24,000 nucleotides of DNA, taken from positions 458,355 through 482,354 of the forward strand of contig JARLJL010000022.1 of the NCBI GenBank assembly GCA_031291235.1, read 5' to 3'. The notes beneath the pieces are model-generated. The model worked only from the letters and a program-made list of their open reading frames with translations, was not told where the DNA came from and ran no database searches. How positions within the stretch are numbered: the stretch's first letter is position 1; each line of letters starts with the position of its first letter. Positions 23,926 through 24,000 of the stretch are shown one piece after another. Made by a program: the position numbers and the translations under genes. Source of the stretch: Sulfuriferula sp. (GTDB lineage Bacteria > Pseudomonadota > Gammaproteobacteria > Burkholderiales > Sulfuriferulaceae).

Positions 23926-24000
23926 GGTCTCCTGCTGGGAAAGATAAATTATTCTACCCCGACTTGCGCATTGCGCGCTCACAATAGATACTTATCATCA

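Overview
This window looks like a moderately GC-rich proteobacterial chromosome, possibly betaproteobacterial, though I cannot verify that without a search. All family calls come from reading the translated ORFs and DNA by eye; no database was used.

Conserved flanks:
- Left (1-4.5 kb): a sigma54/NtrC-type glnK-amtB operon, an orphan small ORF, and a minus-strand ybjQ / COG4705-like membrane protein / flavin reductase operon.
- Right (18.3-24 kb): M18 aminopeptidase, L,D-transpeptidase, tadA, cysM, hldD, an M48 protease and an SH3-domain protein.

Accessory segment (about 4.6-18.2 kb):
1. 4.6-9.0 kb is an AT-richer run of small, unrelated minus-strand genes: GNAT, ABM monooxygenase, DenV-like glycosylase, LMW-PTP-like, tautomerase. 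It also holds two pseudogenes and several attC-like relics.
2. 9.1-12.7 kb is a cytochrome b561 / DUF1924 / diheme cytochrome c / OmpR-type regulator / histidine kinase operon.
3. 12.8-17.6 kb is a complete chromosomal integron: an intact intI, an attI region, and six cassettes on the minus strand bounded by six related attC sites.
4. 17.6-18.2 kb is a MazEF-type toxin-antitoxin pair.

Best candidates for something new are two cassettes: a two-gene cassette (89-aa soluble protein plus a 169-aa two-TM protein with an acidic repeat tail) and a single-gene TIR/SEFIR-like cassette with a C-terminal winged-helix-like region.
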